Shown one piece after another: positions 1 through 13,494 of a stretch of DNA of 64,000 nucleotides; position 1 is the stretch's first letter; each line of letters begins with the position of its first letter. The stretch comes from Amphiscolops sp. MND2022. Taxonomy: Eukaryota. The translations under genes and the position numbers were made by a program. Location of the stretch: NCBI GenBank assembly GCA_964187785.1, contig OZ076409.1, positions 77,316,001-77,380,000 on the forward strand, read 5' to 3'. The notes beneath the pieces are model-generated. The model did not search any database and was not told the DNA's origin. It saw only the letters and a program-made list of their open reading frames with translations.

Positions 1-2088
1 GTGTTTCCTAGTGGTTCAACTAAAATTCGGCCAGCTGGACGTAGACGTGGTCGACCACCGCGCACATCCTGTTAGGACTTATGGCTAAAACGTTGTTACT
101 TCCCCAATATGATGGACGTCGCCGTGGTTGTCCCACGTTCAGTCATTCTACTTCCACGGTCGCAACGACAGAAGGGACATTGGCTTGGCCATCAGCTGAA
201 CAACTATTCCAGCCTTGAGACAGACCCAGTCTCCATTGTCTTGTATATTAGACTTCGTGATACCTCATGCTTGATATGCTTGATATACGTCCTTCTGGTA
301 GCCCGTGTTGTCGTCGGAAGATGATGGCTATTCTGCTGCAAACTGCACTCCCCTTCTTTCCAAGGAGCGAGGAGGTTGTCCTCAACTCTTAATTTATCCT
401 GCAATTTATCGTGCAAATTTTGTTAGGCAGTCAATCATGTCCATTCATTGCTATCCTCATATCAAGGAGAGTGTAAAATGTACTAAAACACGATGGGTCG
501 AATAATGCCTGGGGAGCACCAGTCGAGGACTATAACATCCCTATACTCCAGAATTCGAAAAGACAATACCCGAAGGTTATCGCTACGTTTGGTAATGGAC
601 ACTTTGTTGCGTGAAAGTCCTCTAAAAGTAGATATTTCTCAAATTTGACGCCAAATTTCCAATTGTAATTATGTAAACGTCGTCTCAATTGTGTTTCTCG
701 ATCGTCGTGAAGTCTGATTCAGAATACATCTATGAAAGCAATAAGCATCCCAACTCTATTGTATTGCCTCTACTTGTATTGCTTTGCCAAGAAGGTGCTG
801 TTTTTGATTTTGCGTATTTTCCCAGGGTTTTCAGAATTTTCCTCCAGATTTCAACGTGACACCGAAAAACTGTCGAGCCCGCGTGCTCCATGAATCGAGT
901 TTGCGTGATTTTGTCTATCCTTGCGTTTTTTACTTCAGTGGTAATTCTTAGGAGCAGTTCATAGTTGGCTTTTGATGCGTTCCTTATTGGAGGCTACAGA
1001 AATTCATAGATATGGAGCTGCACGTCTGTGCGTGTTGTCAAAACCAAGCCGATTTGTGAACAAAAAAGTATAGCGAAAACAGCTTGTCTTCTTTATCGAA
1101 CAGTGGGTGTTCCACTGAAAAGAAGTTTTACAAACTGAATTTTTGCAGCCATGGAGAAAGATTTTTTGATGTCAACAATGTTTGTGAGGACCGTAGAAGG
1201 AATATTAAGCGAATAAAAGCACAATGGTAGCAAACACTTTATCATATTTGGTGCAGGAACCTCGTGCTAACATATTAGTGCTCTCAGACTGGCCTGTAGA
1301 ATTTTGGATTTGGTTAATTTCCAAATCCATTTTTGAGAACTTCTTTTCTAGCTCAAGAGCTAGCTCTATGTCAACCGTTCGTTGACAATTCAAGCTCTAT
1401 GGATGGCAAGAATCAAGAACTCATTGTTGCCCAACCAGCAAAAGACGACAGTACCACTGTACTTTTGCAACTTCACCTCTTTGAACTCCAAGTTACAATG
1501 ATGATGTCAAGATGTATTCAATGCCACCTTCTCGCCAGCACAAGGACGTCATTCCTAAGGCCTGGGGAGTAATGTAACGGCACCCTTTGGTACAAAAAAA
1601 ATCAAATAGTATTGGAAATTGCGTATGTTCAGAGTTTTGATCGGAATTGCTAATCCGATGTGTGACGGGCCACTAAGCATGTTATTTATTGCTCCGAGAC
1701 TGTGAAAACCTCGATAAAAACTTTCTTTTTTTGGCGCTAACACTTTTTTCTATGTTCACAAACTAAAGATAACCCTGTTTGATTTTCAGTACATACGATG
1801 CGTTTCGATGACGCCTTAGAGTTTTTCGACTCTTGCAACTTTTCACAAAAATTGTTTCGTCAAAGATTCGCTGCTTCGGTTCTTCATCATGTTTTCAGTT
1901 TCTAAGACGTCGCGTTACCGAGCATGAAGTGTCATATCAAGAGTTGTCGGCGGTTAACCAGTTTTGAAGTCCGTATCCGGCTGAAAAATCCAAAACCGGG
2001 TAATCGAAAAAACTTAAGTTTTATTTTTGCAGTGAGAATCAAATACATTTACCTTTAATGAACAAATAAGTCATTAGCTACCCTGTTT

Positions 2089-2394
2089 TGTTGTATTTTA
2101 TTGAATTATGAAGGTTTTATTTTTTCCCGTAAATTCATTTTCTGTTCATTGCATTGCACTTTCAATTAGTAATAAAATTCAAAATTTAGTTTGCGGAAAA
2201 TTCTATTTCCATTGAAAACATCTAGACCGTTGTCTTTTCATAAATGCCGACAGCTCTTTACTAAGAAACTGTCGTATCAATGTTTACAAAAAAGTGGTAA
2301 TAAAAAATTGTCGCATTCAAGCTTGTTAGTAAACAACTTACTAAGTGGCTACACCCAAACTCGGTAAAGTTCATTCGAGATCATCAGTAGCACA
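2089..2394 (-). repeat. 3' LTR of the Gypsy element
   Basis: On - it begins TGTGCTAC right after a purine tract (AAGAAGAAACCCAAAGAGAGCAAAGGAAA, from 2395 up) and ends AATACAACA; 2257-2390 aligns with 7458-7590. Confidence 0.75.
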
Positions 2395-3399
2395 TTTCCT
2401 TTGCTCTCTTTGGGTTTCTTCTTAGATGAAGGCTGACGTTCACGGTGGCGTCATCTCTCCGGGCATGAAATCAGCTGGCGTGTGGGTAGTTTGCGGTTGC
2501 GGTGTTCCATTTCTTGCATTTCAGTTTGAACCTGTAATATTACAAACATTTCTAATTTTGTCACCTCTAAAAATTTCTAGTATAGGAACACAATCGTATC
2601 TATTCGGGTTGTTTATAATTTGGCTGGATCGCCGTAATGTATTTTCACTTTTCTCACCCTGTGAGTTTTCGCCAACGGTGTGAATTTGGATCAAGTCCTC
2701 CTCTGGGCTAGTCCGTCTTGGTTCATTGCGACTGTCCCATTCTGAAGTGTCATATGTGCTGTGTCCGGTTTCTTCCGGCATTTCGTCTTCATCATCGTCA
2801 TCGTCATCGTCATCGTCATCTTCGGTTCCCTAATCGCGTTTCTTCCGGCTCTGAACGATTTTCAGTTTGCAGTTTAGGATGTGGCGCAGTATCTTATCCC
2901 ATCGGCCGTACTTCCTGTCCAGCACTCAAGCAATGTCGGTTTTTTGGTGTGATTTCACCGTTTGTTAATGCCATATCCTATCGGGTTCTTTTTTTTTTGG
3001 TCTGAAATATGGTCCTGAAATGAATTTTTGGTGTATTGTTTTTCCTGTGCCCAATTTTACGGTTATTGTGATTCCGTCAACAGCAGCTTTGATTTTTATG
3101 TGAAACTTTCATTGCAATGATTTTTTAAAGTGGTTTTTTCTATAAATTTAAAAAAGATATCCACCCGAAGCTTTCTTCTTCAGAGACTTTGGACCCTCAC
3201 TCAGTTGCTTCTCCTCCGCCTTGGTTCTGGCCATGACCATGTGATTGGTGTTTTCTCCGCCCGCATCTCGGCCCACATAGAATGGGGGTTTTCGGTTTGT
3301 TTAGTGCTGAAATAGATAATTCTCAACAGTGTGATAAAAAAGGTTTTCTGTCTTCGACTATGTTAGTTAATTCGGTCCTCGGTTTTCTATCGTGGTGTA

Positions 3400-6300
3400 A
3401 TTCAAATGGCGATCTTTCAGTTCTGTATGTATTGTGAAACATCAGCCGAAGCGCTCCCTTAAGTAATTCCCTTCTTCTAGATTTGTCACCATTAGATTTT
3501 TTAGGGTTTGTATCGCTCGTTCTACCGTTCTATTTCCCGTGTGCAACCGAGGCGGTTAATATATAATTCTATGTTTCAGTTTTTGCAAAACTCTTTATAT
3601 TCTTTCGATATAGAGGCTCCTCTTTTGTCGGATATTTCTTTTTCCGGTATTCAGTATAAATTAAAGTTATTTGTCAGAAAGTTTATACTTTCTTTCGTTT
3701 CGACAGTTTTGCAAAACTTTACCGTCGGCCATTTGCTAAACCGATCTACTGGTATCAAAATTTGTACGTCACAGTTTCTGTTCTTATTGCGCAGTTTTCC
3801 GGTGAAATCAATCTGTATTTCATGGCCCGGTTCAGTTAATTTTTTTTTCAATTTTCCGTAGTTACTACTCGGTAATTGGAGTTTTAAACTTTTACTTGAT
3901 GCAAGGCAGGTAAAACAGTCTTTGACTTTATTCTCTATGTCCCTGTTGAGTTTCGGCCGCCAGAAGATCTTCGTTGTTCGGGCAAGAACGAAAAGCAAAA
4001 TATCTAGCAACCTTCCCCGGAGATGCGCCGGAACTAGAATTCGGTCGTCCATGATTACGAGCCCCCATGTTATCGAAAGCTTGTTGAATACCGGCCTGTA
4101 TGCGTCGGCGGATATCTCTCTGTCTTCCTGTCTCTATCTCGGGGTTGGTTCTGGATATCAGAACTTGCAGTTCTGGATATCAGGCTCGTTAGGTCAAGTA
4201 TGAATTCAAACGCGGCATTTTTGATTGGTTTCTCGGTTATCTTCTTTTTTCTGAACAATTTCCCCGGGATGGGTTAACTTGAACATAATGGGCTTCCTTG
4301 CCCTCCGTGTTGAATTCGCTTCAGTCCTCTATGGGTATTTTTTCTCCTCGAAGTATCACGCTGTCATCTTCAGTTTCTTCTTGCTCGGGTTCAATTTCTC
4401 TGTTTTCCGGATTTTTGGTCTCCTCTGTGTGTTTCACTAATGGCTGGTAGCCGCATCTCAGTCGGTTTGCTCATTTCATCAGTTCGGCATCTATCCCGCT
4501 TTTTCCTCTCGACTGTATTTGTCTGGACGAGAGGGTGCAAATGTCGTCCGTTTAGAGTGGGGGTCATATCTCCATCGTAGGGTCCCTGGCCGTAATGAAG
4601 TGCTCCTTTGCTCTACGAGCCTTCGTGTCTCCAGGTTTTTTTCAACTTCTATATAATTTCCATAATATCCGGTGTCGCGCCTCAGGGGTAAGAAGTTTCC
4701 CGGTCCACGGAAGTAACTTCCGGATTTAATTTGGATAATTTCTTTCTTTTTCAAACAAACTTTTAATCCTATGGCGGTGGACAACTTTAATTGGGAAGCG
4801 CTAATTTCAGACTGCCATGGTGCGTTTCCCTCGCTTTGGTTTTTTTCGTTTTTGTCATCGAATATTCTTTTCGATTGTGATTGGCTGCATGGATTCTCAA
4901 TTTGCTCCTCGGACGTACCATTCGTTTTCTCCACTGCTCGTTTGCTGTCATTTGTTTGATCGTCGAATAGTTGTCCTTATTTCAAAAGTAGTTTCGCTTT
5001 TTCCGATGGTATGTTATTTACATTTTTTCGTTGTATTTGTCTTCCAGCGTTGCTCCCCCTACCGGATTGCAGCTGAGATAATCAGTGAATTTCATTTTTT
5101 CCCGCGATATGTTGTTTTACGATGTCGAAGTGTGCTAGACGGCCTAACCACCGCGTTAATCTCGCACTGTATTGTTTGTTAAATCGGTTTCTTTTATCAT
5201 AGGTTCTAATGCTTGGTGATCGGTATATAAGTAAACGTTTTTGCGTTCAAGTAAAATAGGAATTTTTCCAATCTCCATACCACTGCTAGATCTTCCAGCT
5301 CGCCGATTGAATTGAATAGTTTGTTTTTCGGTATCGTTCAATTATCTGCTTTCTGTACACTATCTGTTTTATGTTTCCGTCATCTAGTTGTTGCCGTGAG
5401 GTAATCCCAAGCGCGGTTTTGCTGGCATCAGTTGTTACCATAATATCTTTGTCTATTGCGAAGTAGGCTAGCCTCGGACCTTCAGTTTTATCAGTTATTT
5501 GTTATGTAACATTTGTTTCATCCGGTCAAAATCCGTTTCTTGTTTCGGTTCCCAGTTCCAGGGTTCATGCGTTTTGAGTGATTTCTAAACTGGTCTGTTT
5601 GTTCCGAAAGTGTCGGTAGGAGTTTGCTATTATATCATCTAACCATGCCGGTGTACAATCTTCTAATGTCCAGTTTAGCTCCTCCTGAAATATCATAGGT
5701 ATACCGGCGACTTCGTAGAATCCGATTTTGAATCTATGATATCCGCTGAAATTTCCTCCGGTTAGTGCGAATACGCATTGTCGGCTAGTTTTTTCTGAAA
5801 ATTACATCTGTCCATATGCATAGTCCAGGTCGATCTTTGATATGAGTAAGTGTACTGTACAGTCACATGTTCTTTCTACCGAAGTCTGATTCAATAACTC
5901 TTCCATCTTCTGCATAGTTGGTATTGTTATATTACAGCTGGTATTTAGTTTTCGTGAGTCGAGTGCTTTTTCACCGACTTGTCTTTTTTCAAAGTTATCA
6001 CTACCGGAGATACAAAACAATCTTCGTCTATGTCGTTTATTTTTTTTATATGTCACGTTAGAATTAGTTTTTCGAATTCCCATTCTCGTCTTCTTGTAGA
6101 TGTAGGGTACCGGTCTCGCATTCTGTTTGATCGGGTAGTATCCCGGTTTCAATCGAATATTTAGCTTGGTATCTTTCATTGTTTCACAAACAAATCCGGA
6201 AACCAGTTGAATACTTTCTCGCGTTCTGATTGGTTGTTTTCGGCCAATTGTAATTCACCGATTGTCAGTTCAAATGTTTTCATCCAGTCCATCTCCAATA

Positions 6301-6500
6301 GGGATGTGATGTGTCTTTTTTCGGTTATCAGTGTTTCCATTTTTTGTTTGTTGTTTTCGTACTCAATATCCACCGGGATTTTCCCACGGAAAATTATTTC
6401 GTTTTTGTTGACGTTTTGAGACCGGTTTACTACTTTTTGGTTGGTTGGTTTTATTGTTTTTTGTCCATCGGCATTATTGTTAATGGAGATCCGGTGTAAA
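3400..6500 (-). pseudogene. pol: Disrupted pol (PR-RT-RH-IN) of the Gypsy element
   Basis: The motifs above are spread over several short ORFs in different frames; boundaries approximate. Confidence 0.85.
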
Positions 6501-7320
6501 ATTTGAATTTTTTTCTCACACAGTTAATTTCGACTGTTGCTGTGTTGTGTTTACTTGTTTCTTCGATCTTCTTGATTTCCTTCATGTGGCGTTTATTTTC
6601 GTCCATGTCACATGACGATTCGTCAGGTTCATTCCTCTCTCCTTCGGTCATTCTTTTAACCATTTGGTTAAAATTTTTATTTTTCGGTTTTGTTCCGAAT
6701 CGTTCCATTTTTTGTATCGGTTCTTCTTTGTTTGCTTGTTGTCCTTTTGTTGATATCAGAGCTTCTGGTATTGTGTTCTTTTTGTTCTTTTTCTCATACG
6801 TGTTCTGTTTTATTACCTCAATTATTTCCTTCAGTTCCCATGTCTTTTCTTTCATTATCGTGTCCCGTAATTTTTTGTCGGTGATTGCAGTCATATATTT
6901 TGGTATCAGCATTTCTACAGCCGAGATTGTGTGGAAATTACATTCTTTTTCTATTTCGAATAACCTTCTCCTAAGTTCTTCCGGTGTTTCTTCTTCGGTC
7001 TGTTTTGCGCCGAAGACATCTTTCCAGTTATGGTAAGTGTTTTGCGTCGGCATGTAACATTCGGTGAACAACCAGATTAAATCTTTAATCCTTATTGCGT
7101 TTAAATCCGTTTTATCTTTGGCTCGCGTTGTTTGGTAGAGTATTTCCAAAAATAATTTTCTTGGATTGCTTGTTCTATTTGTTTTACTTCTTCTCCTTTA
7201 ATCGTTGTCGATTTTATGTTCGCGTTTGGAGAATTGTTGGATTCTCTCCAAACACTGTCTCGGTATGAATACCGGATTTCCGTCTCTAGCGTTTGTTTTT
7301 AGGCTCGGTACAATGTTTCG
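6451..7320 (-). pseudogene. gag: Disrupted gag of the Gypsy element
   Basis: ORF 6451..7149 (…FGAKQTEEETPEELRRRLFEIEKECNF…AITDKKLRDTIMKEK…) lies between PBS and protease; upstream boundary approximate. Confidence 0.75.
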
Positions 7321-7393
7321 TTCGGCCGTTGTTAAGTTTTTTCGTGATAAGAAGTTCGTTTCATTGTGTTTTAAAAATTCGCTGACTATACCA

Positions 7394-7596
7394 TGTTGTA
7401 TTCTAGGACTAATCTAAAATAAGACAGATTTTAAAAGTATACGGTATTTTGTATAACTGTTTATTATGAAAACTATCGTATCAATGTTTACAAAATAGTG
7501 ATGATACAAACTCTTTACTTAGTTAAACAAGTAAACAACTTGCTAGGTGTCTACACCGAAACTCGGTAAATTTTATTCGGGATCAACCGTATTATG
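7394..7596 (-). repeat. 5' LTR (diverged and shortened) of the Gypsy element, followed by a PBS at 7381-7393
   Basis: On - it ends AATACAACA, immediately followed by TGGTATAGTCAGC; shares aact(a/g)tcgtatcaatgtttacaaaa...actcggtaaa with the 3' LTR. Confidence 0.7.
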
Positions 7597-10464
7597 GTGA
7601 CCTTTTTCGAAGCAGATATTTTCGCAATTGTTTCAGAATATCGAGTTTTGGTGATATTTCTAGTTACGAGAATGTCTTTTTTTCACTCAGAAGGGCTTGG
7701 ATTTTTTTCATGTAAACGTATACTAAAAATATCGCAATGCCAATGCGTCTGTTGTTTGAGTAACTTTCAAAAGAACTTCCTACTTTCAAAGTTTTTCAAT
7801 TCAAGATATTTTCATTGATGCTGCTATTTTAATGACGCAATTCTTGGCAAGTTTTTTCGGGCAATCTTCTCCTGTTCATTCCTAGAAAACTTTATGCCAT
7901 AGCAGCATGTGGCATATTAATATAATTAATAAATTAGGATTGTTGTAAAATCTTGGCAGAATTTAATTTTTGCTGTCCTTGAGCGATTTTAGTCAACAGA
8001 ATTGAGAAGCTGAGAAGCTGTAGAAAAATTTGACATCTTCCGCTGTCAAAGTATTTTTTCCAGGAAACAACTTTTGAAGCCACTAAAAAGTAGGCGTTTA
8101 CTTGTTCATTGGGAGTAGGAGGTCTTCTCACACCTTTGTTTCGTACTTCAGAAACCCTCTTCAGATACAAATTTTTTGTATCTTCTGATGAATGGTATCC
8201 TCTGAAGCACGGTAAAGTTTCACAGGTACGTTTTTCAAACGATTCGATTGAAGGAAAAAGATTGAAGTTTTGAGAGTAAATAGCTTTTTTCGCGTAAAAC
8301 AAGACGCCCGGTGAGCATCAGGATTTTTTGTCCCGAATTTTATTACCGATGACTTATATTCTTCATCCTCCAGCGAAGTGAATAAAATACAATCTGTTGA
8401 GAAACGAATAATTTTGACTCGTTTTCTCTTTTTCACCTATCAAAAATTGCTATGTAGCTATTTGTTTTGATGTCAATTTCTATAGATATTCATAGCTAAA
8501 AAAATTGCACAAAATGTCTGCAAAAGTGTCAAAAACTGCCAAAAATTGGTTAATTTTGGTTCATTTTATACCTTTAGAAAAAAAAACAGATTTCATTTCA
8601 ACACATTTTTCTACACAAACATTTGAACAGATAATTAATCTTTTTAAAAAACTCTGTGGATCTCCCACCCACAAAAATCATAATGATAGGAAAATGATCT
8701 CCCACCAACTGAAGATGAAAAAATGCATCAGAAATATTTGCCTTTTTTGATAGTGTCGGGTCATTTTGGGGCACTTTTGATTGAGACTTATCTCTAAAAG
8801 GTATTCAAATATCTCTTCAAACACAAAGGAGGCGAGGCGAATCTGACTATTGCAATTGCAGTTCTCGGAAGATCCTCCATCACGTGGGAATAAAATTGGA
8901 ACATGGCAAAACTGGTCAAAAAACGCAGCTTAGTTCGTAATGTTTCTCTCCCACGTATGAAATATGGGGTCTGTTTACATAATCAGGGTCTTTGTATATA
9001 AATGAAGCTTACTGGAAGCAAGGAAACAATTACTTGATGAAAGGCAAGGTCGGAAGGTTTGAAGTTTTTTGTTCAAGCGTGAATCCTATTTCAATTGATG
9101 TTAATTTTCGGTACCGGGAAAATGTCGCATGGAATAATGACACTTACAGACACTTTTAGGCAATTTTATGCATAAATTTTTAATGCGGGACCGAAGAGAG
9201 CCATAATCTTATACAATAGGAATGAGTTGCGCGTTAAAGTTTAAAAACTATTTTTGAACAGAAGTGATGAAAAACAGTAGGAACCGTCTAAACGTCCTAA
9301 CTTGCCTGTTTTTGGATGTAGATGACATTTTCATGGAAAAAAATGCCTATAAAATTTTTTCCGGTTTCGTCTGTATAACCTCGTCAGCACAGATTGACAC
9401 AAATTGACAAAAAAAACTGGCAAGATTTTTTAAATGCTTAATTTCTCTACGAATAATAGCCACAGCTCAAATCGGTTTTCTGCTCCTGAAAGCCCTTTAC
9501 CTAAGCTTCCAAATGCACACTAGATAACCTGGGAGTTGGTGCCACTTTTTCAAATGCCAGCCGAACTCTTAGCTGAAGCTTCATCGAAAAAAATTCTATA
9601 TGCATTTTCATTGGTGGTAAACTGTGTTACTAGAGTGTGACAGTAACTTAGCAAACAGTTGTTGTGTTACTGAGAAAAGGCTAATATTCTGAAGAGTATT
9701 TTTTGGCAAATTCTCATTTTTTTAGTTACTTTTTTTTAACCGGTGGTTCGAAAAACAAACTATATTGACACGCATAACAACTCGCCCCAAATAGGCCATG
9801 TGAAATTTTTAGATTTTGGCTATTACAGATAAAATTCCTATATTTTTATTCGTAAAAGCGAAAACAATTCGGATGCTAGTAGACCGTGTTCTCATGTTAG
9901 ATATATTCAAGTCGGATAAATGAGCTGATTCTCGTATGAAGCGCTATTGCGTATTTGGCAAAATTTGTATTTACTAAGTCGACGATACTTTCGATCACTT
10001 TGAGTACAGTCAATGAATGACGTCACCGATGAAACTGTTGGTGTCTCCTAACTCAGAATCGATCCCTGATTAGCACCGGAAGTGACCCCGGTAGACCCCC
10101 TGCGAACTCGTCGGCCAAGAATGGAATAAGTCATATTTCATATGGAATGGGTCGCACATAGGGTATTAAGCCGTTTGCGTATGTTTTCAGAACCCTACGA
10201 CACGTGTAGCGGAGCACGGACCCCAAGTAAACAAACATCGTATGTTATGTAAATAGCCAACGGATAACCCGAGGATCATAAAACGTTCCTAAGATGTTTA
10301 TCTTCCAACCCTAAGTAACATAGATGAAAGATACATTAGTCGGTCCACCACGCGCAGAGTACTGTTTGTTTAAGACACGCGGCACCGGCGCGCAGGCTCG
10401 ACCGATGAAAGACATTTGAAAATTTGTTCAAGACAGTAACATTCGTTCAATTTTATGTCTTTCG

Positions 10465-11690
10465 TATTTTCCCACCGCCCAGACAAAATGCTGGGTCATA
10501 ATTTGTGTTGCGTTGTTTTTTTACAAACTTTGCCAAATCTCCACTTTATTACTCCATTTAGTAAATTCTAGTCGGGTAGCATTAAGGGAATTTTTTGCAC
10601 CGCGTTTTCTAAAGCCGCTTGTAGATAGGACTTTGGGTTATGGATTCTGGGTTAGATTAAGATAAATTTCAAATGAAAACGTTCCTGATGTAGACGATTG
10701 TCACACATTTTAGATGAAAATTGTCCAGATCTAAAAAATCGATCGAATAAGATATACAAACACAGTATTCCACTAGAATTACGTCTGAAGTTTACTGTTT
10801 TTTTGATAGAATAACGTCTAAATGCACTATTTTTGTGGGGTATCGTTTAAAATCACTCTACTTTGGGAATAACGTCTAAAGTCATTAATTTTGCGGAGTA
10901 TCGTCTAAAATTACTGTATTTCGGTAGAATAAAATCTAAAAACTTTGTATTTTACTGGAATAACGTCTAAAATTGCTATTTTTGTGGGATATTTTCTAAA
11001 ATAACTATTTTTGCGGAATTACGTATAAAATCATCCTATTTTTGAAGAATAAGATCTAACAAGACGGGAACGTCTAAAGTCGGCGCTATATCTAAAGCTG
11101 AAAAGGCGCAAAATTTTTAAAATTGTAAAAAGGGAACCCTTTAGACTTTTTCAAATCCAGTTTGTTGCAAAATATCAAAAAGGTTGAAGGGGGACCTTTT
11201 AGAGACATTAAAAACGTTTTTGAAAAATTTTTCGAAAAAAAAACGAAAAATGAGAATTTGGAAACAGTCTCAAAGTGCCAAAAAACTAGAAAATGGAGAC
11301 CCTTTGGGCTTTTTGAAAGTTCAGTGTGCTGCAAAATATCAAAAAACTTGATGAGGGCACCCTTTGGCGCCAAAAAAAATTTCGAAAAAAAGTCGCACAG
11401 TGCCGAAAAAATTGAAAGGATGCCCTATAGCTTCGTCCGGTTTTGTATCTTACGTTAAAAATTGAGTACACGAAAGGGGGGGACCGTTTGCACTAACTTA
11501 GATGCGTTTCCGTTTGCCGGTCCAGTAGTTTAGTAGTTCTGTAGAAAACGCTTCCACTACGCATACATTCTGTGGTCTGACAAAAAAAGAAAAAAAACTT
11601 GCCACTGTAATAGTCGGGCCCATTTTGATAAAATGCGCCGACTAAAGACACTATATTTTACTGGAATAACGTTTAAATTTACCGTATTTT
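10465..11690 (+). mobile_element. HINE/DINE-1-like family 2 copy (partial or composite) with an internal ~30-bp minisatellite, interrupted by a family 1 element
   Basis: Starts tattttcc...tgtgttgcgtt like 43987. 10575-10770 is the reverse complement of about 58950-59116. AATAACGTCTAAA units at 10770-11057 resume at 11646-11690. Confidence 0.55.
11058..11645 (-). mobile_element. HINE/DINE-1-like non-autonomous element, family 1
   Basis: On -: 5' subTIR TAGTCGGCGC with a nearby partial inverted copy (CCCGACTA), 3' subTIR GCGCCGACT, short hairpin AGACG-TTCC-CGTCT, terminal CTTGTT; inserted at TT/AA inside a minisatellite unit. Confidence 0.7.
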
Positions 11691-13448
11691 GGATGCTCCA
11701 GATATAGGTTGCCGATAAGGAAGTTGTTCCTCTAGAATAGCTTAGCTTTACTATCAGTTTTTTTTGCAGCCGTTCAATTTTTTGGAGGCAGGAAATGCAA
11801 TTTTTGTAAGCAGTTTTCAGATTTGTACATTTTTTGTAAAATTCTGAGCAGAAAATTGCTATTCTTACAAGATTTTTGCAAGAGTTAGATTCTAAAAATG
11901 CATTTTCTTACAAGATCTTACAAAAATTCTGGTAAAAATTTTGCAACAATTGTGATTTTTGTAACCTAGGGTATACTCAAACAGAGTGTTACGACTATGC
12001 TAAAGCACTCTTTTGTAAAAATTTCAATCAAACATACAGTGTCAAAAAATACTCGAAGGGATACCCATAAGACGTTACCGTGCAACTAAACACTTTGATC
12101 GAACAATATACTTTGTTGCTAACAGACAATAGGACAATATATTTCATATATTTATTGTTGGCCACGAACAAAGTTTTTATATTTATTTTCTTCAAATTAA
12201 ATTCATTTAAATTTATTTATTTATTTAAATGTAATTTTCACATCCATGCTCACGCATACTTATGCGCATACTTATACTTATAAGCATTCATTTTAACAGA
12301 CTCTGGAAGGATGGAATTGTTGATGATTGGCGTCAAAGTGGCCGTTTTATTTCCATAAATAGTCGATAACAAAAGTGTCTGTAGTGAAAATTGGAATAGA
12401 TTTTTTCAAAAGAAGACCTGTCAACTGCAAAACTCCATTAAGGTTTGCATTAATTAGTAACTTAAAAGCGCTCCTTCTAATCCTTTTCTCAACTTACGGT
12501 TTTGAAATTTATGGATTTCGAGGAATTTTCAAGACTAGAAAATCGATAGAATCTTTCTAATTGGTCAAAAATTGCCACGGCCTTCGCATTGCAAATTTTT
12601 CGATAGACAGCTTTTTTCCTTGGTGCTACACTTTCAAAACCAAACTTGACGCTTTTTTTCATTCGTTTTTTTTTCAATTTTTCTATCAGGTCTCCAAATT
12701 GAGGTTTTCCTCGAGGTCTTTTATTGATCTGACTCATTCCAGGAAAATCCAAAGACCACATTTCCATAAAAAGTAAGGTACTAATTTTTATTGCTCCTTA
12801 CCACGACTTACTTATAGGCTGCGAATTGGAATAAAAAATATTTCACAAGATTTCAGCCAGTGGTATTGACTTTGAAAATTGGGAAATTGGTTTTTTTGTA
12901 AGGACTTTGTAAGGGCTATAATGAAAGGCAATCAAAGAAGTGTAATAGCGGAAAAATAAGGCGATTACAGTGAGTACAAAATCGGATTGAAGGAGCTTGA
13001 TTTAATTGGGTGGTCTCAAATTATCGCGTCAAGATAAAGTCAGGTCACTGAAAACCAATCGACGACGCCTTTCATCGCATCTGGGCTCATTTCCAAACTA
13101 ATTGCAAAATCCGAACTGACGTCCATTGATGCCAGAAAGAACACCCTAATCCCGCCATTTTCATTAGCAGCATCAAGAGTTTTATCTCAGTTTTTCCCGC
13201 GCAAATTATACTCTTCAATTTATTCATTTCCAGAAACTGTTCTCAGCTCATCTCCTCCACAGTCTCATCATTTGGACGGATTTGCACTTATCGAGCAGAG
13301 CGATTGCGCCATTCTGGGTTTGTACCAACAGAGAACCAACTCAGTCTCTTTTCCACATTCTCTAATAGCTGCAACTCCCGGGGTCAACTAAGGAAACCCT
13401 ATCTAGTCTCCAAACCAGTCCTATCCTTCGTCCAACAGAACTTCAGAA

Positions 13449-13494
13449 ATGGTCGCAAACAAACAAATCGTTTTTGGACTCATGGTCGTTCTCG
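13449..13494 (+). CDS. Exon 1 (coding part) of the WMEY precursor: MVANKQIVFGLMVVL+G
   Basis: ATG at 13449, then 15 codons plus 1 nt, then donor GTGAGC at 13495; hydrophobic signal-peptide core. Confidence 0.8.

Larger units (their letters stand above)
2089..7596 (-). mobile_element. Decayed full-length Ty3/Gypsy LTR retrotransposon
   Basis: Minus-strand domain order: gag (6451-7149), protease remnant (TGSPLTIMP), RT (ISKIDLDYAYGQM, 5802-6179), RNase H (VTTDASKTALGIT about 5400-5440; YTDHQALEP), integrase (IQIDFTGKL...VDRFSKWP, 3651-4052). Related terminal direct repeats, PBS and PPT are present. Many stops and frameshifts. Confidence 0.9.

Noticed and set aside
1..540. GC-richer segment with RRRGRPP, possibly a retroelement tail
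   Set aside because: No diagnostic motif and cut by the window edge
6503..7036. 177-aa hydrophobic plus-strand ORF resembling a membrane protein
   Set aside because: Antisense shadow of the A-rich gag frame
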